Shown in pieces: positions 26,133 through 34,132 of a DNA stretch of 57,298 bases. The first letter of the stretch is position 1; every line of letters begins with the position of its first letter. Under the pieces are notes generated by a model. It searched no databases, was not told the origin of the DNA, and saw only the letters and a list, made by a program, of their open reading frames with translations. Position numbers and translations under genes: made by a program. Source of the DNA: a virus; IMG/VR virus record IMGVR_UViG_3300022670_000646, positions 1 through 57,298 of that record, one strand, 5' to 3'.

Positions 26133-26494
26133 GGCGCGAGTCTTCGTGGGACAGAAGTGAGGCGATCAAGCGCTTCGTGAGTGCCAGGAAATATCTCTGG
26201 CGCAGTGGCCAATGCATCGCGGGCAATAGTTGAGAGCCTTTGCGTCGTTTCGTGCGTGTCACCGGGCTGCCAGTTCGGCGTATACATCTCTGCGATCTTC
26301 TCAAGTGCCTTGCGCATGACTGTGTTCTCAGCGGCCAGTGCGCGATGATCTGGCAAACGCAGTGCCCAATACCCATCGTTACGTGCAACCCACTCACCAA
26401 CCCCAATAGAGTTGCCGCAGTCATCTTCAACCTCAATGAAGCGCCCAGACTCATGGGCCGGAGGTCCATCAAATACTATGTCTATGGTTCTCAT
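26129..26494 (-). CDS. Hypothetical protein
   Basis: 121 aa with ATGA coupling at both ends. Confidence 0.6.
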   Translation of the reverse strand: MRTIDIVFDGPPAHESGRFIEVEDDCGNSIGVGEWVARNDGYWALRLPDHRALAAENTVMRKALEKIAEMYTPNWQPGDTHETTQRLSTIARDALATAPEIFPGTHEALDRLTSVPRRLAP

Positions 26495-26766
26495 TTCGAT
26501 CCCTGTTGTTGTAGGGCGGACGTCTCATTGAGTTGTCGCTGTGCGTCCAGCAACGCGACCTTTTCACCCTCCAACACTTTCAGGTCAATCTCGAAGTGTC
26601 GAGCCAGAAGGCTTTGGACATTTTCGCTGGTCGGTTGATATTGCTGGTAGTCACTTACGAACTCGGAAAGATATAGTCCTTGCTCGCCTGCCCACTCAAG
26701 AAACTCGCCGATAGCCTGACTCTGTGGCTGAATATCTTGCAGTTTTTCGTGCTCTGGTAAGTTCAT
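26491..26766 (-). CDS. Hypothetical protein
   Basis: 91 aa with an AGGAA SD. Confidence 0.6.
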   Translation of the reverse strand: MNLPEHEKLQDIQPQSQAIGEFLEWAGEQGLYLSEFVSDYQQYQPTSENVQSLLARHFEIDLKVLEGEKVALLDAQRQLNETSALQQQGSK

Positions 26767-26778
26767 TTCAGGTTCCTG

Positions 26779-26991
26779 TCAGTTGTAGTCAGTTACCACG
26801 ATGCAACGAACGCCCATCAATTCACACTTAGTTCCGCGTGGCGGGACTGGCTGATCGCTCATGGTGACTTCAATGAACTCCCTTGCTTCAGTTCGGGTTA
26901 TTGCAAATCGGCGAAGATCTCCCAGATTGATTCCGCAACCCTTCAGTTGCTCGGACAGGTCAACAATTTCTTTCATAAAATTCCCGCTCAT
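26779..26991 (-). CDS. Hypothetical protein
   Basis: 70 aa, ATGA coupling at 26991. Confidence 0.5.
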   Translation of the reverse strand: MSGNFMKEIVDLSEQLKGCGINLGDLRRFAITRTEAREFIEVTMSDQPVPPRGTKCELMGVRCIVVTDYN

Positions 26992-27203
26992 TTCTGCTCC
27001 TGTTGTCGTGCGTCACGATCCTGCGTCTGTGGATGACTCCATGAAGGGTGCAGGTCAATGGCAACCTCCATCGTTGCGGCGCCTTTCGGCGTATCTGACC
27101 AGCCAAATATGCATCGCCCATCGGCATCCGGGTCAAAGTATGTGATTTCGTACCGCTGACCGCGATCTCCACCTTCGAGTAGTTTTCCGCAGTTGTCAGT
27201 CAT
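26988..27203 (-). CDS. Hypothetical protein
   Basis: 71 aa from ATG 27203 (ATGA overlap). The track start at 27293 was trimmed. Confidence 0.5.
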   Translation of the reverse strand: MTDNCGKLLEGGDRGQRYEITYFDPDADGRCIFGWSDTPKGAATMEVAIDLHPSWSHPQTQDRDARQQEQK

Positions 27204-27385
27204 TGCCGCTGCCCGTCGTGGTCTGTGTCCGGCTTCTCGGCATGTAGGCTCCAATCCAGAGTAATCACCACTTTTTTGTCGCAACTGCCGCACTCGTAGT
27301 CGAACTCATCTCGTATGCTCTCGGACTCGACAAAGATTTCTTCGCCGCAATAGGGACATTCAGGCATCGGATTGCACCTGTTCAT
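27200..27385 (-). CDS. Zinc-ribbon protein
   Basis: CPYCG...CGSCD. The start may be ATG 27385 or 27367. Confidence 0.5.
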   Translation of the reverse strand: MNRCNPMPECPYCGEEIFVESESIRDEFDYECGSCDKKVVITLDWSLHAEKPDTDHDGQRQ

Positions 27386-27551
27386 CTGTGACTGTGGCCA
27401 GCCTTGCCTGCTCTTGTGCTATCAGACTGCCGAAAATCTCTCGACCACGGCAATTTTCTGGCGTCAGGTCATTGAACTCGGCGCTCTCATGGCACGGCCA
27501 CATATTCCTCCGGCGCGTCCACGATGTACCGCAGCAATTGCAGGCGTTCAT
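27360..27551 (-). CDS. Uncertain small ORF
   Basis: 63-aa ORF. It competes with a 35-aa ORF (27487-27594, MAETMCVSCPFRNCDE...) that starts next to the Lar-like stop. Confidence 0.3.
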   Translation of the reverse strand: MNACNCCGTSWTRRRNMWPCHESAEFNDLTPENCRGREIFGSLIAQEQARLATVTDEQVQSDA

Positions 27552-27586
27552 CGCAGTTTCGGAACGGACAGCTCACACACATGGTC

Positions 27587-27793
27587 TCAGCCATTGGAGT
27601 CGTGTCCTTTCTCGGCAGGCTCATAGCCCCATTTGTCCTCGGCCTGTTTCCGAGTGGCAGCGGTGAACTTAGGGCGATTTTCGCAACGCCAGTTAGCACA
27701 TAGGACCGCCCAAGTGACGTTATCCGTCAGGAAGTCTTCTTCCTTTATGAGCTTCGGGTGCGCTCCGCAGTTAGGGCATTTTTTGAGGGTCAC
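27587..27793 (-). CDS. Lar-like restriction-alleviation protein
   Basis: 68 aa from GTG 27793 (GGGGA SD, GTGA overlap). LKKCPNCGAHPKL...WAVLCANWRCENRP...RKQAEDKW fits the Lar zinc-ribbon pattern. Confidence 0.55.
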   Translation of the reverse strand: MTLKKCPNCGAHPKLIKEEDFLTDNVTWAVLCANWRCENRPKFTAATRKQAEDKWGYEPAEKGHDSNG

Positions 27794-28260
27794 GATCCGT
27801 CCCCCGTCTGCTCGCTTTCGGCTATGGCGGTGCCTTCCGGGCACTTCGCGCAAAATTGACCGAGCGGGGCGCCGTGGTGACACTGCTTTGAGTCAGCAGA
27901 AGCGTTGAGTTCAGCGCATTGGTTATCAGCAGCCTGTTTGTTATCCGACTTGAGGACGATGCGTCCGGTTTGTGTATCCTCGATGCTGAACCAACAGTCA
28001 CCGCCACCAAAGAAAACCCGATAGCGCTTTTGTCTACCTGAGACTAGAGTAAATAACAGCTTTCTCGCCGTCATCGGTTGTAGGGGCAACTCCTTAATTG
28101 CCGCCTTTATTACTTCAAGTCTGCGCGCGCCTTCAGCAGTCAGGGATTCGATTTCGACCTTTGCTTTGTCCAGGTCTTCTGTTTGCAGTTGAGCAAAACT
28201 TATCCACTCTCGTTTACGCCAATTCGGGCGGCGCTTCTCCAAACCATCAAAACTACTCAC
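27790..28260 (-). CDS. Hypothetical protein
   Basis: 156 aa from GTG 28260 (GTGA overlap). The track start at 28401 was trimmed. Confidence 0.5.
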   Translation of the reverse strand: MSSFDGLEKRRPNWRKREWISFAQLQTEDLDKAKVEIESLTAEGARRLEVIKAAIKELPLQPMTARKLLFTLVSGRQKRYRVFFGGGDCWFSIEDTQTGRIVLKSDNKQAADNQCAELNASADSKQCHHGAPLGQFCAKCPEGTAIAESEQTGDGS

Positions 28261-28547
28261 TTGTGACTGTCCTCGACTGCGGTAATGTCCGTGATCTGCT
28301 GAATGTGTAAATAGCCATCCTCGAAATCGGCGTGAAACGTCCAATACTCGGCATCGTATTCGTCGATCCAGTTGTCCTTGTCCTGCAACTGGAGCTGCCA
28401 ATACATCGCTTCATCTGCGGTAGCGTCTTCGACCGACCCAAACATGAGTGCCAGAACTTCGAGGTAGACCGCCTTCTGTCCGATAACGATCTTTGACCCG
28501 AAGCCATCGCCGCCATGAGTGACCAAATAAGGTATTTCAGGGTTCAC
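28257..28547 (-). CDS. Acidic hypothetical protein
   Basis: 96 aa with a GTGA-coupled start at 28547. Confidence 0.55.
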   Translation of the reverse strand: MNPEIPYLVTHGGDGFGSKIVIGQKAVYLEVLALMFGSVEDATADEAMYWQLQLQDKDNWIDEYDAEYWTFHADFEDGYLHIQQITDITAVEDSHK

Positions 28548-28741
28548 TGCCTATCTCCTACTAAAGTATTCTGCCAATCAATAACCGGCTGAATCAGCAC
28601 CATCGTTTCTTCGTGCCAACTATCGATCATGGAAAGATCGCAGTCATCAACGACAAGATTGCCAACACATAATGGGCAGCAAGTATTTTTAACGGTCACT
28701 CGCACTACGCTCCCTTCACCAGCGGCGATTGTTCTCTGCAT
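28544..28741 (-). CDS. Small Cys-containing protein; start uncertain
   Basis: Start is either ATG 28741 or GTG 28705. Contains CCPLC. Confidence 0.4.
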   Translation of the reverse strand: MQRTIAAGEGSVVRVTVKNTCCPLCVGNLVVDDCDLSMIDSWHEETMVLIQPVIDWQNTLVGDRQ

Positions 28742-29244
28742 CCCCACGGCTCCAGCTTTTCGCATTGTCCAGGTGAACAGGAGCACCAGTTTACCCTTGC
28801 ACTAAGCATGGTCTGCAGAGCCTTGAGTGCTTCATCATGGCTGCCCATCTGTAACATTTCGAATACGCCCTTAACCTCGGGCAATATTTCATCATTGATC
28901 GATGGCTGGTAAACAATAGCCCCGGGCCTAACATCCAAGTCGCCAACTGCAACCGCTTCGAGCTGTACAGGAGGCGGATTCGGCACCACCTTGACGTAGT
29001 TCTCAAACTCGAACGCATCGACAATGCTCATGCGGCCATCGCCATGTTTGACAAGCCACGCAAGATCAGGAATCGGCAGCTCCTCGCCGTTAATCGTGAT
29101 CCAATTTTGGCCATCAATGGTGAGAAACGCTCGACTGTCCAGCCACTCAGGCCATAGCTTTTCCTGATAGCGAGATGACTCGGTGATCTGATAACCCTCG
29201 ATCGTTTCATCACCAATGGTGTAGCGAAAATCTTGGTCAGCCAT
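28705..29244 (-). CDS. Hypothetical protein
   Basis: 179 aa from ATG 29244 (MADQDFRY...). Confidence 0.55.
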   Translation of the reverse strand: MADQDFRYTIGDETIEGYQITESSRYQEKLWPEWLDSRAFLTIDGQNWITINGEELPIPDLAWLVKHGDGRMSIVDAFEFENYVKVVPNPPPVQLEAVAVGDLDVRPGAIVYQPSINDEILPEVKGVFEMLQMGSHDEALKALQTMLSARVNWCSCSPGQCEKLEPWGCREQSPLVKGA

Positions 29245-29968
29245 CGAAATCCCTTTTCGTTTGTTCAAGTGATGGAGTACGGTATGCGATGACCGCGTGC
29301 GCTGCCCATGTGGACACATACTCCAAATCCGCGACATCCGCTTGAGTCAGGTCCAGCCTGAGCGCATCGCCACCCGGATACGGGAAAGCCTTATACAGTG
29401 CGTTCGCCTGCCGGAGCTCATCGCGTTCGGTCTCCGCTTGTGTCGGCTCCGGCTTGGCCGCGCGATTATCGTCCGGGCTTGGCTCCTGAGTAGAGTTGGG
29501 GGGTGAATCGTTCACCCCTGGTTCTGCCGCTGCCGCCTGGTTCGCGATTCGTTGCACCGTGCGCTTGGTAACACAGCAAATATCGGCTTGCTCCTGACGG
29601 CTCATTTGGGATATCTGCGGGTCCTTCAGGGCGATCTCAACGGCGTTTCGCTTGTCAGCGCTAGTGCGACGCAGGCCGTGCTCGCTGTTCCCACCAAGCG
29701 CGTGTATGAGCGCCTCGTGCATGCCGCCTTCGTGGACTTCGCACTCTATTTCGTCCCGCTCAGCATGGACCGCGGCATAAAGACGGTGAAAACCGCGTGA
29801 GAGAATCGTTCTCGAGGAGTCCTTCTCACGAAACACATCGATCGGCGGCATAATGGCGCCCGCCTTGATGTCCTCGCAATACTCGTCAATGATGTCCTTG
29901 TGCAGCCGGGTGCGAACCTGGGTTTTATCTGATGCCTCTATGGAATCGCATTTAAGAAACGTCGCCAC
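29237..29968 (-). CDS. ParB/Srx-fold (ParB-like nuclease domain) protein with an HTH
   Basis: 243 aa from GTG 29968 after GAGGAG. The N-terminal domain has SRGFHRLYAAVHAE (DGxHR-type ParB/Srx motif), and ICCVTKRTVQRIANQ is HTH-like. Confidence 0.7.
   Translation of the reverse strand: MATFLKCDSIEASDKTQVRTRLHKDIIDEYCEDIKAGAIMPPIDVFREKDSSRTILSRGFHRLYAAVHAERDEIECEVHEGGMHEALIHALGGNSEHGLRRTSADKRNAVEIALKDPQISQMSRQEQADICCVTKRTVQRIANQAAAAEPGVNDSPPNSTQEPSPDDNRAAKPEPTQAETERDELRQANALYKAFPYPGGDALRLDLTQADVADLEYVSTWAAHAVIAYRTPSLEQTKRDFDG
29500..29518. promoter_or_regulatory. Variant palindrome GGGGTGAA-TCG-TTCACCCC inside the ParB-like gene
   Basis: 8-bp perfect arms. The outer 7 nt of each arm match the three 19-bp palindromes. 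Confidence 0.45.
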
Positions 29969-30257
29969 CGCTACTCTCCTCAGCTTTTAGCGGTAGCTCC
30001 TGCTGGCTGTTGTAAATCCGCTCGAGTTCGGCTTCGTGCTCATTCGCAAGATCAGTCACTACTCGATAGCGCAGGCTTTTCGTCTGATTGCTGCAGCTTA
30101 ACCGCATCACATCATAGGGATTGATCTCGGTTTTGCTCTCTTTGCAGATGCGCTGGCCAGCCTCACGCATCGCAACGATCATCGCACTCAGTCGCTCATC
30201 AGACTGCGCCCGCATACGCTGCCGGAACGTTACTCTTTTCGCTTTGCTTTTCTTCAT
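29952..30257 (-). CDS. Hypothetical basic protein
   Basis: 101 aa, ATGA coupling at 30257. Confidence 0.55.
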   Translation of the reverse strand: MKKSKAKRVTFRQRMRAQSDERLSAMIVAMREAGQRICKESKTEINPYDVMRLSCSNQTKSLRYRVVTDLANEHEAELERIYNSQQELPLKAEESSGGDVS

Positions 30258-30514
30258 GTCGGATCCCTGTTCAGTAGTTCGTCCTCGGCCGCGGATAGGA
30301 AGTCACGGTTTTTCGACTCCAGCACCCTGACCTCCTCGACGGTCATAGCCTTGCCGTCGTCATGAAATCGGTACTTTGGCAACGGCACCGGGTCTATCTT
30401 TTCAACGCGCCAGCGCAAATAGCCCGATGGAATGTCCGTGATGTCCTGGCCTTTGTGCTTACCGAAATGGCATTTCACTTCACTCTCCTCATCAAAATAG
30501 GGTTCCCGCGACAC
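30254..30514 (-). CDS. DUF3820-like protein
   Basis: 86 aa. FGKHKGQDITDIPSGYLRW motif. GTG 30514 preceded by AAGGAAA. Confidence 0.55.
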   Translation of the reverse strand: MSREPYFDEESEVKCHFGKHKGQDITDIPSGYLRWRVEKIDPVPLPKYRFHDDGKAMTVEEVRVLESKNRDFLSAAEDELLNRDPT

Positions 30515-31084
30515 TTGGCCGCTTTCCTTTGCAACCTTGTTGGGCGACTACCTCCAACGACATAATGGTCTTGTGGATGCTCCGGCGCACGATTTGTTCA
30601 CACCCACTAACGTGGTTGGTTTCACGCACCATCGGGCAAGGACTGTTTGTCGTGCTCATTAAATTCTGTATTACAGATATACCTCCGGCCCTTCCCTTGT
30701 CGGAACCCAAGGTCAGTTGATGCCTTCTCTTGTCGTGCCTTACAGGGACCAAGATCAACGGACGGCCGGTAGGTCCTTCCTTGGATTTGTCTCGGTTTGA
30801 GTTCACAAACTGCTTTGAAGTGGCACCGGACCCAAAGCCGCGAGCTTCGGAACGTATCCGGTTGATTGGCGTATATCCGGATTGCCAACCTTGACCACCA
30901 TCAAAACAGCCTGTTACACGGTCAGACCTCTCCAAAACACCGCTGGAACGCGGGAAGGTCTTGCAGATTGCAGACGGATTCATGCTAGAATGCCTGCATC
31001 TGGTCTCCAAGCCGAGCGCATTACCAGATACGAGGCCCCTCCCTATTCGCAACGGAGGGGCTTCATTCATTGAGAGTATCGAAA
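30515..31084. other. 570-nt region without a convincing native gene: candidate structured RNA, replication origin or orphan ORF
   Basis: The only long ORF (30492..31088, minus strand, 198 aa) uses 8 AGA/AGG Arg codons and 5 ATA Ile codons, against 0 AGR and 1 ATA in the capsid gene. Many short stem-loops. TTGTCGTGC at 30647 and 30730, related words at 30697 and 30787, and an AT-rich patch at 30655-30683. Confidence 0.4.
31035..31070 (+). terminator. GC-rich hairpin with a plus-strand U-rich tail (candidate terminator of an antisense/plus transcript)
   Basis: GCCCCTCC (31035-31042) pairs with GGAGGGGC (31054-31061), followed by TTCATTCATT on the plus strand. There is no U-tract on the minus strand. 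Confidence 0.35.
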
Positions 31085-31585
31085 TCACGCCGTCTCCGCA
31101 ATAGAGGTTCGTTGCTTTTCGCGGAACAGCACCTTTTCTGCGATCGATTTATTTTCGACCGATAGATTACAAGGAAAACAGGCCATAACTAAATTAAATG
31201 GATGATTATTACCGCCCTTGCTGATCTCAAGTAAGTGCTCCAGCGTCAGGATTATTTCCAGCCCACAGAACCAACATGCCGGTCCATCTCTAGCAATAAT
31301 GGTCCGCTCAAGAACTGTCTTACCTTTACCTGGGCGCTTGGTTTTATCGCCATCAAGGCCAGACCACGATTTTCTATTGATATAGCAGTCATACGCCTCG
31401 GCAAGGGCATCGTCCCAAGTCAAGTTGCCCCGCTTATTTTTGTAGAGAACCGATATTTGACCACGAACATTAACGCGCAAAACCTCCCACTCATTCGTAG
31501 GTGACAATAGTGCGGCACCGTTCCTCGATAGATATTCCCGGAACTTTTTTAGGCGCAACTGGCTATTGTGGACAGGTATTGTCAT
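31085..31585 (-). CDS. HNH nuclease with a novel-looking N-terminal domain
   Basis: 166 aa. CWFCG...TLEHLLEISKGGNNHPFNLVMACFPCN (HNH). ATGA overlap with the ATPase stop. Confidence 0.7.
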   Translation of the reverse strand: MTIPVHNSQLRLKKFREYLSRNGAALLSPTNEWEVLRVNVRGQISVLYKNKRGNLTWDDALAEAYDCYINRKSWSGLDGDKTKRPGKGKTVLERTIIARDGPACWFCGLEIILTLEHLLEISKGGNNHPFNLVMACFPCNLSVENKSIAEKVLFREKQRTSIAETA

Positions 31586-33282
31586 TCGAAAAACACCGAC
31601 GCGGCCTTTATGCCGCCATCACGAGCGTAACCATCTGCGGCACCGATCGAGCGCAATCGACTCAGCACATTTCCGAAATGACTACTGGTTCGGCTGTAAC
31701 CTGAACTCACGCATATATCATCCTCAGTGACGCGCGCGCCGTTCGCTAAAATCAGTACGTCGAGGATTTTGTTCGCTGCGCCACCTAGCTTCGGCCGCAA
31801 CCATTCCCGCAACTCAGGGCCGGTCGGTTTTTCTTCGGCAACCGGACTCATGACCGCTTCGCCAGCCTCAGTAATTCGCCAACCGCTCACCAGGCCAGCG
31901 GTACGCAAGCTGCTAATAACGTTACCAAGATGGCTGCTTTTCGACGAGTAACCGGCATAAAATGACAGCTTATTTTTCGTCGCTTCCTCATCGCGTAACC
32001 ACCAGAACGCTCGCAGGATGGCCACCTGAGCCTTGCCTAGACTATCAATCTGTGGAGGTGCGGCAGAAGACGCATTATGTCCCACGAGGACACCTACTGG
32101 AGGTGCAGAGGGCCGCTCTGGCTGAGCAAGTTTTTTCTGTGTCACTTTCAGCAACGGCGGCACTGGCACATCAGAGTCAGGATTTATCATTTCCAGCAGT
32201 TCATTGACATAATTAAAAGCCGATTTTTGCGCGCACTGCAGCGAACTCACCCGATCCTCGAGCTGACTCACGTACTCGACTAGCTTCGAAGTATTCTCAC
32301 GCAAAACCTCTAACTCACCGTTATCTCTGTCATTTTTTGATAGCTTGATTTCCTTTTCCAGCACGCGAATACGCTGTTTCAATAGCTTCGGGTCAATCTC
32401 TTGAGCGCGTTTGATCGTACCGGCCATCTGCTCACGCAATCTCGATACGTCGACATCGGCCAGGCGGGCTGTCTTGCTTTTCACTGCCATTTTCGGCGTC
32501 GATCCAGAATCGAACGTATTACGGCGGCGGAACTTTACCTGTTTTGTGCATTTCAGAAACTGCGGCGACCACACCCACGCCTCGCCGTTAGCGAGCCCAG
32601 GCAGCGTCTTGAGTATGTCGCGAGACTGGTCGTTGTACTTAACCCATTCCTCAATCGCCTTGCGATCTTGAGGTCCTGTAGTTCGCATGGCGATCAGGGT
32701 CTGTACTTGCGTCAGCACGTTTTTGTTTATCGATGCACTGCGCTGAGTGATCATCGTCATTCCAAGACCCCGGGCCCGGCCGCGCCGAACGATATTCTCC
32801 CACGCACGCAATAACTGCCCCTCATCACGCATCGGTCGCTGCGGAATGTAGTCGTCAGCCTCCTCAAGGAATAGATGCAGCGGTTCCTCGTTGCGCTTAT
32901 ATAGACGCCGCGAAAAATCGAGTAAAAACTGTTTCTTTGCCGCCTCGCTATCGAAGTCTGTCAAATCCAAGATGCACGACAGACGCTCATCGACAACGAT
33001 ATCGGCAATCAGGCGACCACCAGTGCGCTCCAACGGCACATCGCCGCGCTTTCCGCCGAACAGCGGTATATCAAGACCTGCACCGGAGCCAGTTTTCGAC
33101 GATCGCATACCCCACCACGATCCAACCGGATCAACGACAACGAATGGCAGCTCACGGGCGAACATTTCTTCAGCCATAACGGTCGCAGAATTCGACTTCC
33201 CGGCGCCGCGAGCCGCAAGAATCCCGAAAGTTTCAGTGATCGCCTCATCTGGTATCGAGAAGCCTTTACCGAGATTTAGCAT
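31582..33282 (-). CDS. HerA/FtsK-type (DUF87-like) P-loop ATPase with two C-terminal winged-helix-like repeats
   Basis: 566 aa. Walker A GILAARGAGKSN, VVVDPVGSWWG, Walker B LFLEEADDYIP, a coiled-coil linker, then the repeated modules SSHLGNVISSLRTAGLV and SSHFGNVLSRLRSIGAA. Confidence 0.7.
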   Translation of the reverse strand: MLNLGKGFSIPDEAITETFGILAARGAGKSNSATVMAEEMFARELPFVVVDPVGSWWGMRSSKTGSGAGLDIPLFGGKRGDVPLERTGGRLIADIVVDERLSCILDLTDFDSEAAKKQFLLDFSRRLYKRNEEPLHLFLEEADDYIPQRPMRDEGQLLRAWENIVRRGRARGLGMTMITQRSASINKNVLTQVQTLIAMRTTGPQDRKAIEEWVKYNDQSRDILKTLPGLANGEAWVWSPQFLKCTKQVKFRRRNTFDSGSTPKMAVKSKTARLADVDVSRLREQMAGTIKRAQEIDPKLLKQRIRVLEKEIKLSKNDRDNGELEVLRENTSKLVEYVSQLEDRVSSLQCAQKSAFNYVNELLEMINPDSDVPVPPLLKVTQKKLAQPERPSAPPVGVLVGHNASSAAPPQIDSLGKAQVAILRAFWWLRDEEATKNKLSFYAGYSSKSSHLGNVISSLRTAGLVSGWRITEAGEAVMSPVAEEKPTGPELREWLRPKLGGAANKILDVLILANGARVTEDDICVSSGYSRTSSHFGNVLSRLRSIGAADGYARDGGIKAASVFFE

Positions 33283-33539
33283 CCACGATCCCCTATAGCA
33301 TCGTCGATTGCTTTGAGCTGCTCATCGCTGATGCCGCCAAGCTGTGGGTTATGCAGGTTTGCCGACACCATGCGCAGCAGACCTTTCAATACGACTGCAT
33401 CCTCATATCGCACCCAATCACCGTTGTACTTCTCGGTGATGGCAATGCGGGCAATGGCTGTATTGCGCTGCGCTGGTGCCACTCCTGTAACGGACTGCTG
33501 GCCGCGCGTGATTTCGGAAGTGATGTTGTAGCGCTTCAT
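33276..33539 (-). CDS. Hypothetical protein
   Basis: 87 aa from ATG 33539 (ATGA overlap). Confidence 0.5.
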   Translation of the reverse strand: MKRYNITSEITRGQQSVTGVAPAQRNTAIARIAITEKYNGDWVRYEDAVVLKGLLRMVSANLHNPQLGGISDEQLKAIDDAIGDRGC

Positions 33540-33769
33540 CTCGGCAGCCTCGGCGGCAGTTGTTTCGGGCAGTGCCGGCAAACTGGAGCTGCCCATAAAA
33601 AGAAATATCCGACCGCATCCTTTTCGATCTCAGCCTTGTCGGGCTCGCCACCAAGATCAACGCGCGCTACCCAGTCGTGCTGACCAAGCAGGCAGGCAAC
33701 CCATTGCATTGTGGTAGGTTCCTTGCGAGTGACGGCATCCGGCATCATGTCAGGGATTGCGATACTCAC
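33536..33769 (-). CDS. Hypothetical protein
   Basis: 77 aa from GTG 33769 (GTGA overlap). Confidence 0.45.
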   Translation of the reverse strand: MSIAIPDMMPDAVTRKEPTTMQWVACLLGQHDWVARVDLGGEPDKAEIEKDAVGYFFLWAAPVCRHCPKQLPPRLPR

Positions 33770-33900
33770 TGCAGCAGCCAATAAATGATTAGACCAACCG
33801 CCATGAGAACGAATGGCAGGTCAAAAAACCAGAATTTAATTGGATTTTCTTCAAATTCATCGATCAGGCGCCGAAATACGCCGCGTTTTTGTTTGGTCAT
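33766..33900 (-). CDS. 44-aa membrane peptide
   Basis: MTKQKRGVFRRLIDEFEENPIKFWFFDLPFVLMAVGLIIYWLLQ. ATGA overlap with the RHH gene stop. Below the track cut-off. Confidence 0.45.
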   Translation of the reverse strand: MTKQKRGVFRRLIDEFEENPIKFWFFDLPFVLMAVGLIIYWLLQ

Positions 33901-34049
33901 ACAGGAATCCCCTTCTTTTCCGCCTGACGATGGATGTGATTCAACACATAGTTGGCAGCACTGATGCCTTCCTGATTCGCCAGCTTATGTAAGGCTTCAC
34001 GCTCAAGCTCTTTCAAGCGCATTTGAAACTTCTTGTCTTTTCTGTCCAT
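33897..34049 (-). CDS. Ribbon-helix-helix (Arc/MetJ/CopG-like) regulator
   Basis: 50 aa from ATG 34049. KKFQMRLKELEREALHKLANQEGISAANYVLNHI fits a strand-helix-helix layout. No SD. The track ORF extends to 34163 through implausible hydrophobic sequence. Confidence 0.6.
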   Translation of the reverse strand: MDRKDKKFQMRLKELEREALHKLANQEGISAANYVLNHIHRQAEKKGIPV

Positions 34050-34056
34050 ACACGGT

Positions 34057-34085
34057 AATGTACACACAAACGGCATGACATGCAA
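34057..34085 (-). promoter_or_regulatory. Candidate promoter giving a leaderless RHH mRNA
   Basis: On the minus strand: TTGCAT (34085-34080), 17-nt spacer, TACATT (34062-34057), then 7 nt to ATG 34049. Confidence 0.4.
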
Positions 34086-34132
34086 CATGCACACGCGAGG
34101 AAAAAAAATGACGCCGAATAAGCCAATTGAGG

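Noticed and set aside
30492-31088. 198-aa minus-strand ORF filling the gap after the HNH gene
   Set aside because: Not called as a CDS. It uses 8 AGA/AGG and 5 ATA codons, against essentially none in native genes, has an Arg/Ser/Gly-rich composition and contains a strong GC hairpin. It is kept as an open question in the findings because a 597-nt open frame with a GTGA-coupled start is not trivial.
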